From contig CAVUDP010000002.1 in NCBI GenBank assembly GCA_963740315.1, forward strand, positions 2,944,001-3,008,000: DNA of 64,000 nucleotides, read 5' to 3'. Within the stretch, counting starts at the first letter, position 1; every line of letters starts with the position of its first letter. A program made the translations under genes and the position numbers. The notes beneath the pieces are model-generated. The model searched no databases, had not been told where the DNA came from, and saw only the letters and a program-made list of their open reading frames with translations. Shown here piece after piece: positions 1 to 10,165 of this stretch. Source of the DNA: an uncultured cyanobacterium (GTDB taxonomy: Bacteria; Cyanobacteriota; Cyanobacteriia; Cyanobacteriales; Nostocaceae).

Positions 1-134
1 GATTCGGAACTTGGCGATAAACTAATTTTTCCAAAAAAAGATGTATTTGCTGTTACTGGATTAGGAGTAATAGCAGTAAACGTGCTTAAAATTAAGCCTA
101 AACTTAATAGGAATTGGGAGCGATACAATTTCAT
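1..134 (-). CDS. Secreted hypothetical protein, N-terminal part (runs off window start)
   Basis: Manual translation from ATG at 134: MKLYRSQFLLSLGLILSTFTAITPNPVTANTSFFGKISLSP... is a Sec-type signal peptide (basic N, hydrophobic core, VTA site); frame is open to the window edge. Confidence 0.7.
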   Translation of the reverse strand, partial: MKLYRSQFLLSLGLILSTFTAITPNPVTANTSFFGKISLSPSSE

Positions 135-446
135 ACATACACTTCCCGAAATATTTTAATGAGTTATTTTATATACACGCTAACTAAAACAAATTTCGTA
201 AATCAAAAGTTTGTGACAGCTTGGTATCTGTACACTATTAGACCAAATTGTAAATAATAATTCAAAGGTCTAAAGTATGAATTTGTTTTTTAGAACTTCT
301 AACTTTTGATATAAAGCTGAAATTTGCAGCTTAGGATTAGTTTAATGTTAATAATAATACAAAAGCTTAAAGCTAGATTAAAATTATCTTAAAAATTATA
401 AATTTTGTAGATAGTTGGGCATTGGGCATTGGATATAGGGAGAAAT

Positions 447-525
447 AAACTCTTAACTCTTAACTCCTAACTCTTAACTCCTAACTCCCAACTCCCAACT
501 CCTAACTCCTAACTCCTAACTCCTC
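447..525. repeat. STRR heptamer tandem array (TAACTCC/TAACTCT)n
   Basis: About 11 tandem heptamers read directly; typical Nostocales short tandemly repeated repetitive sequence. Confidence 0.9.
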
Positions 526-539
526 ACTTTATTTAATTT

Positions 540-2204
540 CTACTCATTTAATAGAAATATTACACCTGCTTTAAGTAGATCGCTATTGCTGTCATAACTG
601 CTAATGGTAAACGATCGCAGTTTGTCGAAAAAAGGTTTGCCAATAATTTCTACAAGCTTGATTATAGGTAATTGTCTTTCTATAAAATCTTGGCTTTTTT
701 CCCAATCTATATATACATAACCTTGATTGGGTTGGGGAATGGCTGCAATACTATTGTTAAAATTACGATTATCGTTGAAGAAGTTTTCTTTATTGTTAAT
801 AGCCTCATCCATTGTTTCGATAGAATTCGTAAAAATTTCGTAATTATCTTTACTTGTGTGCGCTCCTAATACTTTTGCTTGAATGCTAAAATCGGATGCT
901 TTGCTACCTGTAGTTGTTAATTGTGTCCAAGTAGAAATTTTTTGTTCGTTTAAAGTAATTGGACTAACTGTAAGTCCGTTTCGAGAGGCAATTTCGTCCA
1001 AATGCGAAATATTTGATGGTGTTGCTGAAGATTTCTCGGCGACAAAAACCCATTCAGAAGTTTTATCTTCGGTGTTGGGTAGCAATGCGATCGCGTATTC
1101 TCCTTTTACCCAATTGAAAATATCTTGTTTGAAGTTTATATCCCAACGTTTTTGCAGATTCGCTAAAGGTTTTGTAATTTGAGAAGCTATGTCTTCTCCC
1201 GATTCACCAGATATTGCTGTTGTTGTTTGTTGCCAGAGTAAAGCTAAATTGCTGTTATCTAAATTGCTCAAATCTTTTCCCGAAATTACCAAACCGGAAT
1301 CGGCGGGAATATAGGAAAGTGCTTTTACTTTTTCAGATAATTGTTCTGTTACTGGTATCGGGTAACTTGAAAATAAATTAGTTTCTGCGAGCAAACCTGG
1401 GGATTTAGGACTTAAAGAAATCACTTGAGTATCATAACGTAGCGGTGACGATAAATTTAAACCTTGCCATTTTGCAACAGCAGGAAGATTGAGAAACGTT
1501 ACAGCTTGAGTTTTGCTATCTAATTGCTCGATCGCTTGCTGATACTTGTCCAAGCTAGTCAAATTTAAGCCCGGTGCTTGAACGTTGTTTACTGCTTCTC
1601 GTAAGATTTTGGCATCGTTGGCAAACAAGACAAAATCGCCTACAACCGTTGCAGCCAAAGGTTTTTTAATTTCTTCCGTTTGCGGAATATCGGAAATTAG
1701 TTTCACACCATTATATTGTTCCACAACCAAGGAAGTTCCAGCCAAAACCCGCTTAGAAAACAGAAGCTCAATAAACTCGCGGCTGGCGATCGCATCTGTT
1801 GTACCAAGTACCATCAGATAACCGGGTTGCTTGCCGTTTACAGCATCGCGATCGATATCGTCAGTGGCTACGGCTAAAGTAATTTGATTACCCAACCAAG
1901 GTTGAACATCTTTTTTGTAATCAAGTCCGGTATTTTCCAATAAACTTGTTTTCAGCTTGGATAGCTTCACTCCACCATCCAAAGCCTCGAAGCGATTTGG
2001 ATCTACAAGCATTGATACCATAACTGGTGCTTGTTTGGAAACGAATACAGCAGCATCAGTTTGTTTACCAGTGTCGCTGACTAAATTCAGAGGATTTCGA
2101 TTATAGTACCCATCCCCACAACCAGCGATACCAGTTAGCAGCAGCACCATAATACTTGCTGCTACGAAACGAAATAATAATTTTTTACCGATAAATTTTT
2201 TCAC
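540..2204 (-). CDS. DUF3352-family lipoprotein
   Basis: 554 aa; lipobox-like IAGC; motifs GLDYKKDVQPWLGNQITLA and DIFNWVKGEYAIALLP typical of cyanobacterial DUF3352. Confidence 0.8.
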   Translation of the reverse strand: MKKFIGKKLLFRFVAASIMVLLLTGIAGCGDGYYNRNPLNLVSDTGKQTDAAVFVSKQAPVMVSMLVDPNRFEALDGGVKLSKLKTSLLENTGLDYKKDVQPWLGNQITLAVATDDIDRDAVNGKQPGYLMVLGTTDAIASREFIELLFSKRVLAGTSLVVEQYNGVKLISDIPQTEEIKKPLAATVVGDFVLFANDAKILREAVNNVQAPGLNLTSLDKYQQAIEQLDSKTQAVTFLNLPAVAKWQGLNLSSPLRYDTQVISLSPKSPGLLAETNLFSSYPIPVTEQLSEKVKALSYIPADSGLVISGKDLSNLDNSNLALLWQQTTTAISGESGEDIASQITKPLANLQKRWDINFKQDIFNWVKGEYAIALLPNTEDKTSEWVFVAEKSSATPSNISHLDEIASRNGLTVSPITLNEQKISTWTQLTTTGSKASDFSIQAKVLGAHTSKDNYEIFTNSIETMDEAINNKENFFNDNRNFNNSIAAIPQPNQGYVYIDWEKSQDFIERQLPIIKLVEIIGKPFFDKLRSFTISSYDSNSDLLKAGVIFLLNE

Positions 2205-2523
2205 ATAAACCCCGTTGCGGCGTTTTTGACTTCAATAAACATTAAACCGTGTTGCGGAAAAAATAGAAGCGGTTTCGATCTAAATAAGCAAAATTAGCGA
2301 ATCGATTAAGATGCATGGGCAACATTCCTTGATTAAAAAATCCGCTAAATTGTAAGAAGGGTGATTTATACCGTATTTATGTCAAAGTGTCAAGTTGTAG
2401 TAAATTTATCTTGATTATTCCCAAAGCCTTTAAGTAGTGCTGATGCTAAGTAGGGAATTTTCTGTCAACATAATAAATATATAGATTTTTTTTAGAAATG
2501 CCTGATGACGGGGAACAATCTTG

Positions 2524-2856
2524 ATGAATCAAATCACTGTAGAAGAACTTGGAAAACGTCTGTCTGAAGACAAATCTTCTATTCAACTTGTAGACGTGCG
2601 GGAACCACAGGAAGTTAAAACTGCAAGCATTGAGGGTTTTGTAAATCTACCTTTGAGTGAATTTGCTGAGTGGGCAAACGATATTCAAACTCGTTTAGAC
2701 GCTGATACGGAAACTTTAGTTCTGTGCCATCACGGTGTTCGTTCCGCTCAAATGTGTCAATGGCTAACATCTCAAGGTTTTACGAACGTAAAAAACATTA
2801 CAGGAGGCATTGATGCATATTCAATGTTAGTTGACCATTCAGTTCCTCAGTATTAA
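2524..2856 (+). CDS. Single-domain rhodanese / sulfurtransferase
   Basis: LVDVREPQE, active-site loop CHHGVRS, GGIDAYS; ATG at 2524. Confidence 0.9.
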   Translation: MNQITVEELGKRLSEDKSSIQLVDVREPQEVKTASIEGFVNLPLSEFAEWANDIQTRLDADTETLVLCHHGVRSAQMCQWLTSQGFTNVKNITGGIDAYSMLVDHSVPQY

Positions 2857-3190
2857 AGCTTAAAGGTTAAAGGTTAAAGGTTAATACCTAATATGGGAAT
2901 ATTATTTAGTAACTAACAAATGATTCGTAGCTATACATACCCCATTCCAAAAATAAAACTGAGAAAATACTGAAAGGTTGAGTTTTGTAATGTATTTAAA
3001 TAACAGATGCGTCGGTAATAAATAGTACTCTTACTCAGGACAAAGCTACCTGTAAGTGTAAAGGTATTGCAATACACAACAACGGAAAACTTCCAGTTTG
3101 CTTAATCATTATTAAATATCGAATAGTAGCATTTTTAAAATTTAGTTTTTTTTAAACCCGATCGAAACTGTGTTTCAAAAGCCATTTCCT

Positions 3191-4270
3191 ATGCAAGTTC
3201 AGTTAACGAATCGACAACAACATATACTTTGGGCAACGGTACGTCACTATATAGCCACAGCAGAGCCTGTGGGTTCTAAAGCCTTGGGGAAAGAGTTCGA
3301 TTTAGGTGTAAGTTCAGCAACGATTCGCAACGTTATGGGAGTCTTGGAAAAATCTGGACTACTTTATCAACCCCATACCTCAGCAGGAAGAATACCATCA
3401 GATTCCGGCTATCGAATTTATGTAGATCGGTTAATCACCCACAATGAAAGTTTGGAAAGAGAGGTAGAAGCAGCATTACAAGGAAGCTTAAAGTGGGAAG
3501 ATTGGAGTTTGGAAGCACTATTGCAAGGAGCTACACAAATCTTAGCAACCTTGAGTGGTTGTGTGAGTTTAATTACAATGCCGCAACAGAATTCATCAGT
3601 ATTGCGACATTTGCAATTAGTGCAAATTGAGACAGGACAGATTATGTTGATTGTGGTAACTGATGGTTATGAAACTCATTCAACATTGATGGACTTACCC
3701 TCTCCCTCGGAAGGAAACAAACCTGAGACAGAAGTAGTAGACAGGGAATTGCAGATTGTTTCTAACTTTTTGAACAGTCAATTGCGCGGTAAAAGTTTAA
3801 TGGAATTAGCCGCACTTGACTGGAGTCAATTAGATCGAGAATTTCAGCGCTATGGTGAATATTTGAAAACATCTCTTGCAGAATTGAATCGTCGCACCTT
3901 TTCCCCAACAACTACACAAATTATGGTGCGTGGCGTGTCAGAAGTTTTGCGCCAGCCAGAATTTTCGCAAATACAGCAAGTACAAACCATAATTCACTTA
4001 CTTGAAGAAGAACAAGAACAATTATGGCGGTTGATATTTGACGAAACAGAATTAGAACAACTAGAGAAGCCACAAGTCACAGTCCGCATTGGTTCGGAAA
4101 ACACCCTAGAACCCATCCGTAGTTGCACCTTAATTTCATCCATGTATCATCGAGGTTCGATACCAGTAGGAAGCGTAGGAGTTTTAGGACCCACAAGGCT
4201 TAATTACGAAAATGCGATCGCGCTTGTTTCCGCCGCCGCCGAATATCTCTCCGACGCAATGAGTAGTTAA
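3191..4270 (+). CDS. hrcA: Heat-inducible transcriptional repressor HrcA
   Basis: [46 protein letters not shown] at 3191. Confidence 0.97.
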   Translation: MQVQLTNRQQHILWATVRHYIATAEPVGSKALGKEFDLGVSSATIRNVMGVLEKSGLLYQPHTSAGRIPSDSGYRIYVDRLITHNESLEREVEAALQGSLKWEDWSLEALLQGATQILATLSGCVSLITMPQQNSSVLRHLQLVQIETGQIMLIVVTDGYETHSTLMDLPSPSEGNKPETEVVDRELQIVSNFLNSQLRGKSLMELAALDWSQLDREFQRYGEYLKTSLAELNRRTFSPTTTQIMVRGVSEVLRQPEFSQIQQVQTIIHLLEEEQEQLWRLIFDETELEQLEKPQVTVRIGSENTLEPIRSCTLISSMYHRGSIPVGSVGVLGPTRLNYENAIALVSAAAEYLSDAMSS

Positions 4271-4321
4271 AGGTTAAAGGTTAAAGGTTAAAGGTTATAA
4301 AATTAAACAACTCCTAACTTT

Positions 4322-4409
4322 TTCCCCTTGTCCCCTTGTCTCCCCATCTCCCCATCTCCCCCCTCTCCCCCATCTCCCCCCTCTTCCCCCTCTCCCCCAT
4401 CCTCCCATC
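4322..4409. repeat. Pyrimidine-rich STRR array (TCCCCAT/TCCCCTT-type)
   Basis: Tandem C-rich 7-9-mers downstream of hrcA, preceded by a (TTAAAGG)n array at about 4267-4296. Confidence 0.85.
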
Positions 4410-4450
4410 AGTTAGCTATTATCAACTTGGTAATATAAATACGGTTGATA

Positions 4451-5125
4451 ATGAGAAAAATTATATTTTGGTCTATTTGGGTTGGATTTTCTGTATATGC
4501 TTTTGTTTTTGCTCCTCCAAATCAACCCGATACTTTTGAGTTAATTAAAAATCTTTCAACTGGACAATGGGAAGGAATTAATCCTTTGATTATTTCGCTA
4601 TTCAACTTGATGGGGGTATTTCCTTTAATCTACAGTTGTATGGTGTTTATTGATGGTAAAGGGCAAAAAATACCGGCTTGGTTGTTTGCAAGTTTTTCTT
4701 TCGGTGTAGGTGCTTTTGCTTTATTACCTTATTTAGCTTTGCGGGAACCAAATCCCAATTTTGTCGGTAAAAAGAATGCTTTTCTTAAATTACTAGACTC
4801 TCGTATAACTGGTATTGCATTAAGTATCGGAGCAATAATTTTAGTATCTTACGGCTTGCAAGGAGAATGGAGCGATTTTGTCAAACAATGGCAAAGCGAT
4901 CGCTTTATCCATGTTATGAGTTTAGATTTTTGTTTGCTTTGTCTGCTTTTTCCCGCACTTTTAGGTGATGATATGGCAAAGCGAGGAATGAAAAATCCTA
5001 TTTTATATTGGTTGGTAACGCTGATACCTTTATTTGGTCCTTTAGCTTATTTATCAGTGCGGAAACCTTTACCAGATAATACTCAAGAAGAAATAATTAC
5101 TAACCAAACAGCAGCGGTAAATTAA
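4451..5125 (+). CDS. DUF2834-type membrane protein
   Basis: Multiple TM helices; SFGVGAFALLPYLALR and FIHVMSLDFCLL motifs. Confidence 0.75.
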   Translation: MRKIIFWSIWVGFSVYAFVFAPPNQPDTFELIKNLSTGQWEGINPLIISLFNLMGVFPLIYSCMVFIDGKGQKIPAWLFASFSFGVGAFALLPYLALREPNPNFVGKKNAFLKLLDSRITGIALSIGAIILVSYGLQGEWSDFVKQWQSDRFIHVMSLDFCLLCLLFPALLGDDMAKRGMKNPILYWLVTLIPLFGPLAYLSVRKPLPDNTQEEIITNQTAAVN

Positions 5126-5163
5126 ATTGTTATCGCAATAAATAATTGTTTTTCTACAATAAT

Positions 5164-5237
5164 GTTGGGTTACGACACGATTAATAAATATTTTTTGTAC
5201 CTACTTAAATTTAGTTTTCGTGTCTAACCCAACCTAC
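5164..5237. repeat. REP-like inverted-repeat element (GTTGGGTTACGACACGA...TCGTGTCTAACCCAACCTAC)
   Basis: Imperfect 16-17 bp arms; reverse-complement copy at about 31835-31908 and a degenerate copy at about 31973-32043. Confidence 0.75.
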
Positions 5238-5263
5238 TAGCTAGCTAAAATTAGTTTACTCAA

Positions 5264-5641
5264 TTAACCTACAGAAACTTGATTTGTATCGACATTAGTC
5301 GCACCATTCACTCCTTGCGCCACAGAAACCATTTTGTTTAAAATATCTTGGCTGGGAACGCTACCTTTTAAAACTACTGTGGAGCTAGTTTGAGCAACCC
5401 AAAGCCCTTCAATATCATCTAATTGGTCATCTTGATCGAAAGCCAATGCAACTCGTTTTGCTAAACCGCTTTGGTCGTATTCACCATTCAATCCCACACG
5501 TTCGGGGGCAATTGATTGAGCAGTATTAGAAGCTTGTTGTGTTGGTTGTGCTTGCTGCGTAGATTGCTGTGCTTGGGGTGTAGGATTTACCTTTGCATCT
5601 TTAGGTTTGTCCATTCCGAAAAGTCTTTTTAACCAGCCCAT
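5264..5641 (-). CDS. BON-domain (phospholipid-binding) protein
   Basis: GEYDQSGLAKRVALAFDQD...LWVAQTSSTVVLKG...GATNVDTNQV; GGAG RBS upstream. Confidence 0.85.
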   Translation of the reverse strand: MGWLKRLFGMDKPKDAKVNPTPQAQQSTQQAQPTQQASNTAQSIAPERVGLNGEYDQSGLAKRVALAFDQDDQLDDIEGLWVAQTSSTVVLKGSVPSQDILNKMVSVAQGVNGATNVDTNQVSVG

Positions 5642-5843
5642 ATTATTTCTCCTTAATTTTCAAATTTACTTCATTACCTGTGAATATATCGGCTAGATAA
5701 ATAAGTTACATCTGTCATGAAAAGGAGATATAGTGCTTAGTATTAAGACTTTAGATGTAAGTAGACAAATTTTCCTATTTCTTAAGATTAGTAAAACTAA
5801 CATTTTTTAATTTCTTACTATTATTTTTACTATTAAAATAATC

Positions 5844-6040
5844 CAGGACTTACGGTCTTCTGAGCGTGACGCGGTAGCGTCATTATTGTCACAAATGGTT
5901 GATGGTGCGTGACGCTACAAGTCTTATAACTACGTTCAAATTAATGAGGCGGCGTCACACAACGGCAATAACGCGGGAAGAAAATCTACACCGCTTTTTG
6001 CCTCCCCTACAAGAAAATTATGCCAGTTACCTAAGTCCTA
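5844..6040. mobile_element. Degenerate MITE-like element with CAGGACTTACG-type ends and AATC target duplication
   Basis: Left end CAGGACTTACG (5844), right end CCTAAGTCCTA (6030-6040), AATC on both flanks (5840-5843, 6041-6044); contains GGTGCGTGACGCT...GCGTCACAC palindrome also present at 55403-55465. Confidence 0.6.
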
Positions 6041-6125
6041 AATCTATAAAATTTCCCCCCATCCCCCCATCTCCCCATCTCCCCTTGTCCCCTTGTCCCC
6101 CTCTCCCCATCCCCCCATCCTCCCA

Positions 6126-7016
6126 TCACTCCAGCGCTACAGCATCGTGAAAGCGATTATAGTCAACACTACGTCTACCATCCCGCGTTTTAGATAAAAT
6201 ATCCGCAAACCGATGATTCCAGAGAATTTCTGTAGGAATATATGAGTGATGAGCGTGGATATTTTCAGAAACGGTTTGGTCGATTCCAGTTAAAGTTATT
6301 AAAATTTCCATCTCTTTTTCCAGCATTTCCTCTAAAGTTACGCCGTAAAGAGGGCTGCTTTCATTAACGGGATGCATAACCGTCCAAGTTAAAGCGAAAA
6401 GTGATGAGCGATCGCGAAATAATGGTAACTTATAAAACCTACGCATCGCTTGTCCTTCTTGAGTAATTTCGTTAATTACTAAATTGACATTAACGATCGC
6501 TTCCAAAATCCAGCTTTGACGTTCGTTAGCAACTCGAAACATCAAAGTTGGTACGCCATTATGAGCAGTAACCACTGCTATACGACTAAACATAACTCGC
6601 GCTTTAGGAAGAGAAAAGCGAGCAAATACTAATCCACTTCCCATTGATACTCCTAAAAGTCCCAACAAAGCTTCGATCGCAACTAAAATATTGGCAAAAA
6701 GCGTTTTCGGATACATCGCACCATAGCCGATGGTAGCCATAGTTTGAACGCTAAAAAAAAATGCATCAGAGAAACTTCCGGAGCGCATTTTTTCTACACC
6801 ATCACCTGCTGCGAGATAGAGAAAAGCAAACAAAACATTAGTAATTATATAACCCGCACCTACCACCGCAAATAACTTTATCCAAGAAAGAGTTAGTAAT
6901 GCATGATATAAATCGCCCCAATCAAACTTAGATACCCCTTTACGAGCTACATTGAACCTTCCATCAGGGTTAACTAAACGGCGCACTGAATTTTTTTTTC
7001 GGTGAGTTTCATTCAT
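6126..7016 (-). CDS. Inward-rectifier potassium channel (KirBac family)
   Basis: AFFFSVQTMATIGYG selectivity filter; FARFSLP, PTLMFRVAN, WTVMHPVNESSPLYG. Confidence 0.95.
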   Translation of the reverse strand: MNETHRKKNSVRRLVNPDGRFNVARKGVSKFDWGDLYHALLTLSWIKLFAVVGAGYIITNVLFAFLYLAAGDGVEKMRSGSFSDAFFFSVQTMATIGYGAMYPKTLFANILVAIEALLGLLGVSMGSGLVFARFSLPKARVMFSRIAVVTAHNGVPTLMFRVANERQSWILEAIVNVNLVINEITQEGQAMRRFYKLPLFRDRSSLFALTWTVMHPVNESSPLYGVTLEEMLEKEMEILITLTGIDQTVSENIHAHHSYIPTEILWNHRFADILSKTRDGRRSVDYNRFHDAVALE

Positions 7017-7271
7017 TGACTGTTATATAAAACATAGATACAAATTATGCTCCCCTACATTATCTAATGCAGAGGAACATAATTTAAAGATGGAAAGCAG
7101 GGAGAGAGAGATGGGGGGATGGGGAGAGGGGGTTCGGGGGTTCGGGGGAGATGGTAAGCCACTGCGCCCTCGCGGGTTCCCCGACTTGTAGCAAGTGGCG
7201 CAACCCGTTCACCCGCAAGGGTGCGGCTCAGGGGGAGATGGGGTTCGGGGGACAAATTTATTATTAATAAC

Positions 7272-7330
7272 TTTTAACTTCTAACTTCTAACTCCTAACT
7301 CCTAACTCCTAACTCCTAACTCCTAACTCT
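7272..7330. repeat. STRR array (TAACTCC)n
   Basis: Tandem heptamers at the 3' end of the ferritin paralog; a G-rich array with GC-rich inserts lies at about 7099-7252. Confidence 0.85.
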
Positions 7331-7760
7331 CTTCCTTCACAATCATTTCTGCCAATTCTTGGGTATGCGTTCCTTCTTCTTCAATCATATTGCTAATAAA
7401 CTTTTCTATATCGCTGTTGCTACCTTTGAGCGCATCTAGCAGATTTTTATAAAGACCTAAAGCCTGCTTTTCATGTGCTAAACTTGCACGTAATATATCT
7501 TTTACAGAATAGTTTTCTAGCTCTGCGATCGGTGCAATACGCGCTTGAGGATTTCCATCAATACTTACTAAAACTTCTCCTACTTTTTGAGAATGAAATA
7601 GTGATTCTTCGGCTTGCTCTTTAAGAAAATGAACAATTTCGTTTCTATTACTACCGTTTACTATCAAAGAGTAAGTTGTGTAGCGAACAACTCCTGCTAA
7701 TTCAAACTCTAAAATTTGTTGCAGGAAATTAATGGCTTTATCTCGGTTAAATTGGATCAT
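7323..7760 (-). CDS. Ferritin-like / bacterioferritin-like protein, paralog 2
   Basis: ATG at 7760 gives 145 aa; EFELAGVVRY, EESLFH, LAHE and EEEGTH match the paralog at 9498-9935. Confidence 0.85.
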   Translation of the reverse strand: MIQFNRDKAINFLQQILEFELAGVVRYTTYSLIVNGSNRNEIVHFLKEQAEESLFHSQKVGEVLVSIDGNPQARIAPIAELENYSVKDILRASLAHEKQALGLYKNLLDALKGSNSDIEKFISNMIEEEGTHTQELAEMIVKEES

Positions 7761-8208
7761 TTCAGTTATTACAAGTCTTAGTTTTTCGGTAAGATATCTA
7801 GACAAACGCAAGCAGCCAAAAATTGCAACAGTTCTAAATCAAGAACATCTGCACAAAATTCTCTAACTTTGAACGGCTTTGTTACTTCAAAAAATAATTT
7901 CTAGTACTATATAGAAATATAGAATTAGAATTTGCTAATATTTTGTACTGCAACGGCTAACAGTATCTATCAAATAAGTAATGCCATCAATAGGAATCTT
8001 TGCCGTCATCTAAATTGAATTAAGTCATCAACTTATTCTGATTCTGATTTATTGATTGACTTTTTATAAGTATACTTGTTTCAAAATATAAAGAAAGTAA
8101 TATTTTTACTAGTTAAGTCGGATATAAATTTCTTAAAATTCTCTCAATAAAAGGTTAAGAAAAAGTATTACTATTCTTAATTATATCGCCACCATTTGAA
8201 TTATATAA

Positions 8209-8410
8209 TGTAGAGACGTAGCACTGCTACGTCTTCGCACCGTTACGTCTTCGCACCGTTACGTCTTCGCACCGTTACGTCTTCGCACCGTTACGTCTTC
8301 GCACCGTTACGTCTTCGCACCGTTACGTCTTCGCACCGTTACGTCTTCGCACCGTTACGTCTTCGCACCGTTACGTCTTCGCACTGCTACGTCTTCGCAC
8401 TGCTACTCTC
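8209..8410. repeat. 16-bp minisatellite (GCACCGTTACGTCTTC)x9 flanked by GCACTGCTACGTCTTC units, seeded in a GTAGAGACGTAGCA palindrome
   Basis: Nine identical units at 8237-8380, variant units at 8221-8236 and 8381-8396, partial unit to 8410; no spacers. Confidence 0.95.
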
Positions 8411-8464
8411 AAGTTGTGGTTTTTCAAATTTATAATTCTTTCTCTAAATAATTAAAACCTATTT

Positions 8465-9400
8465 TCAACTAACTGGAATTTTCTTTTTATTCTGAGGAGA
8501 AGTACCTGTAATACTGCGTAAATACAAACCTCCAACAGATAATAAAAACGATACGTAGGCAACAGCTTGAACTAAATACAAATGTTCCCTGTAGCCAAAT
8601 AACACTTTAAGAATTACTCCGGGAAACTTTTTATCGGGCAATACATTTGATGCGTTCCACACCATCGGACCTAATATACAAGAGTGAATTTTAGCAAAAC
8701 TTTGATTATAAAAACAAAGATCCCAAGCACTATCTGTAAGGGCTAAAGCAGCAAAAGCCTGGTCAAATTTGCGTAGCCCCCCAACGACTAATCCCGCAAC
8801 AATCAACACCAGAAAAATACCCATTACCTGGAAAAACTGACGAATATTGATTTTTACTCCCCATTTAAATATCAGCGCACCAATTAACATTGCAGTTGCG
8901 ATTCCAGCCACTGCGCCAATAGTAGGAACTAAACCTTCTTGAAAATTAGCAGCGAGAAATAAAACAGTTTCAAAACCCTCGCGCACGACAGCAATTAAAA
9001 CTAAAGTAAAAACCCCCCAACCTGCTTTAGAATCTGTCAAGGCATCCCGCACCGCTCCTTCAACTTCAGCTTTCATAAACTTAGCTTGCTTTGTCATCCA
9101 CAGAAGCATCCAGCTAAGCATTACTATAGCTATAACGCTGAATACTGCTTCCATCAAGGGTTTAACTATAGGAGCATATTGAGGATTGATTACCCCTGCT
9201 GCTTGAATTATCGAAGCAAATAATAATCCAATCAGCCCACTTACTACAATCCCAACACCTACACCAGCATATACCCAAGGATTAAGTCGGGATTGTTTCG
9301 CTTTCCCAAGCATTGCCAATACTATTCCAACGACAAGAGCCGCTTCAACTCCCTCTCGGAGAGTTACTAAAAAGGTAGGTAGGGCTGCACTAAAGTCCAT
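8465..9400 (-). CDS. FTR1/EfeU-family iron permease
   Basis: Two RExxE motifs (LREGVE, VREGFE); about 7 TM helices; ATG at 9400 (MDFSAALP). Confidence 0.95.
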   Translation of the reverse strand: MDFSAALPTFLVTLREGVEAALVVGIVLAMLGKAKQSRLNPWVYAGVGVGIVVSGLIGLLFASIIQAAGVINPQYAPIVKPLMEAVFSVIAIVMLSWMLLWMTKQAKFMKAEVEGAVRDALTDSKAGWGVFTLVLIAVVREGFETVLFLAANFQEGLVPTIGAVAGIATAMLIGALIFKWGVKINIRQFFQVMGIFLVLIVAGLVVGGLRKFDQAFAALALTDSAWDLCFYNQSFAKIHSCILGPMVWNASNVLPDKKFPGVILKVLFGYREHLYLVQAVAYVSFLLSVGGLYLRSITGTSPQNKKKIPVS

Positions 9401-9497
9401 TTTTTCAATTATCAATTATCAATTATCAGTTAGGAGTTAGGAGTTAGGAGTTAGGAGTTTATTTCTGCCCTACTCCCTACTCCCTACTCCCCTTCAG

Positions 9498-9935
9498 TTA
9501 GCTAAAATCGCGTAACATTTTTTTCAATTCGAGATTGTGCATCTCTTCTTGTCCAATCATATTACGAGCAAATTCTTCTAAATAAATGCTAGCATCTTCA
9601 ACTGTATGTAAAAGCTGTTTATACAGATCCAAAGCCTTTTGTTCGTGTGACAAGCTTTCTTCTAAGATATCCTTAACTTTATGCTTGTAGGTTTCTTCCA
9701 TCGGAGCAATTTTTAGGCTGGGATGCCCACCATCTATTCCTGTAACAATTTCTCCTACTTGTTGAGCATGAAGTAGTGATTCGGTGGCTTGCGCTTTGAA
9801 AAAATCCACAATTGGAATGCGATAGGGACCAGTCACCATCAAGGAATAATGCGTGTAGCGCACTACTCCTGCTAGTTCAAATTCCATGATGGCATTTAAG
9901 AGGTCAATTGTCTTTTTGTTGTCGAGTTCTTGCAT
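9498..9935 (-). CDS. Bacterioferritin-like protein (heme-ligand Met absent), paralog 1
   Basis: Four-helix ferritin pattern with di-iron ligands EFELAG / TESLLH / SHEQKA / QEEMH. Confidence 0.9.
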   Translation of the reverse strand: MQELDNKKTIDLLNAIMEFELAGVVRYTHYSLMVTGPYRIPIVDFFKAQATESLLHAQQVGEIVTGIDGGHPSLKIAPMEETYKHKVKDILEESLSHEQKALDLYKQLLHTVEDASIYLEEFARNMIGQEEMHNLELKKMLRDFS

Positions 9936-10165
9936 CAGTCTATATGTGAAGAGTTTTATTCGTAGCGATTTATTGAGTTAATTGTTAGGAAAAAAACAGT
10001 GAAAATTAAAAGTTAAAAGTATTAATTGTAACTTCTGCTTTTTTACTAAAATCCTTCTGTTTTCATTCCTAACTTTTACTCAACTTTAACTGATTTTAAA
10101 CTCTTCTCAACTTTGTACTTGCTCAATGCGATCTGTTTTAACTATTCTCTTTGTTTGATGGCGCT

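Noticed and set aside
2860..3190. CIRCE element or NtcA promoter upstream of hrcA
   Set aside because: No TTAGCACTC-N9-GAGTGCTAA; the GTA-N8-TAC at 2927-2940 lacks a correctly spaced -10, and such hits are frequent by chance.
4336..7255. ORFs 4336-4539, 5899-6150 and 7064-7255
   Set aside because: They derive from STRR/MITE/SDR repeats and show no protein-like features.
8221..8410. CRISPR array
   Set aside because: The 16-bp units are head-to-tail with no unique spacers, and no cas operon is present.
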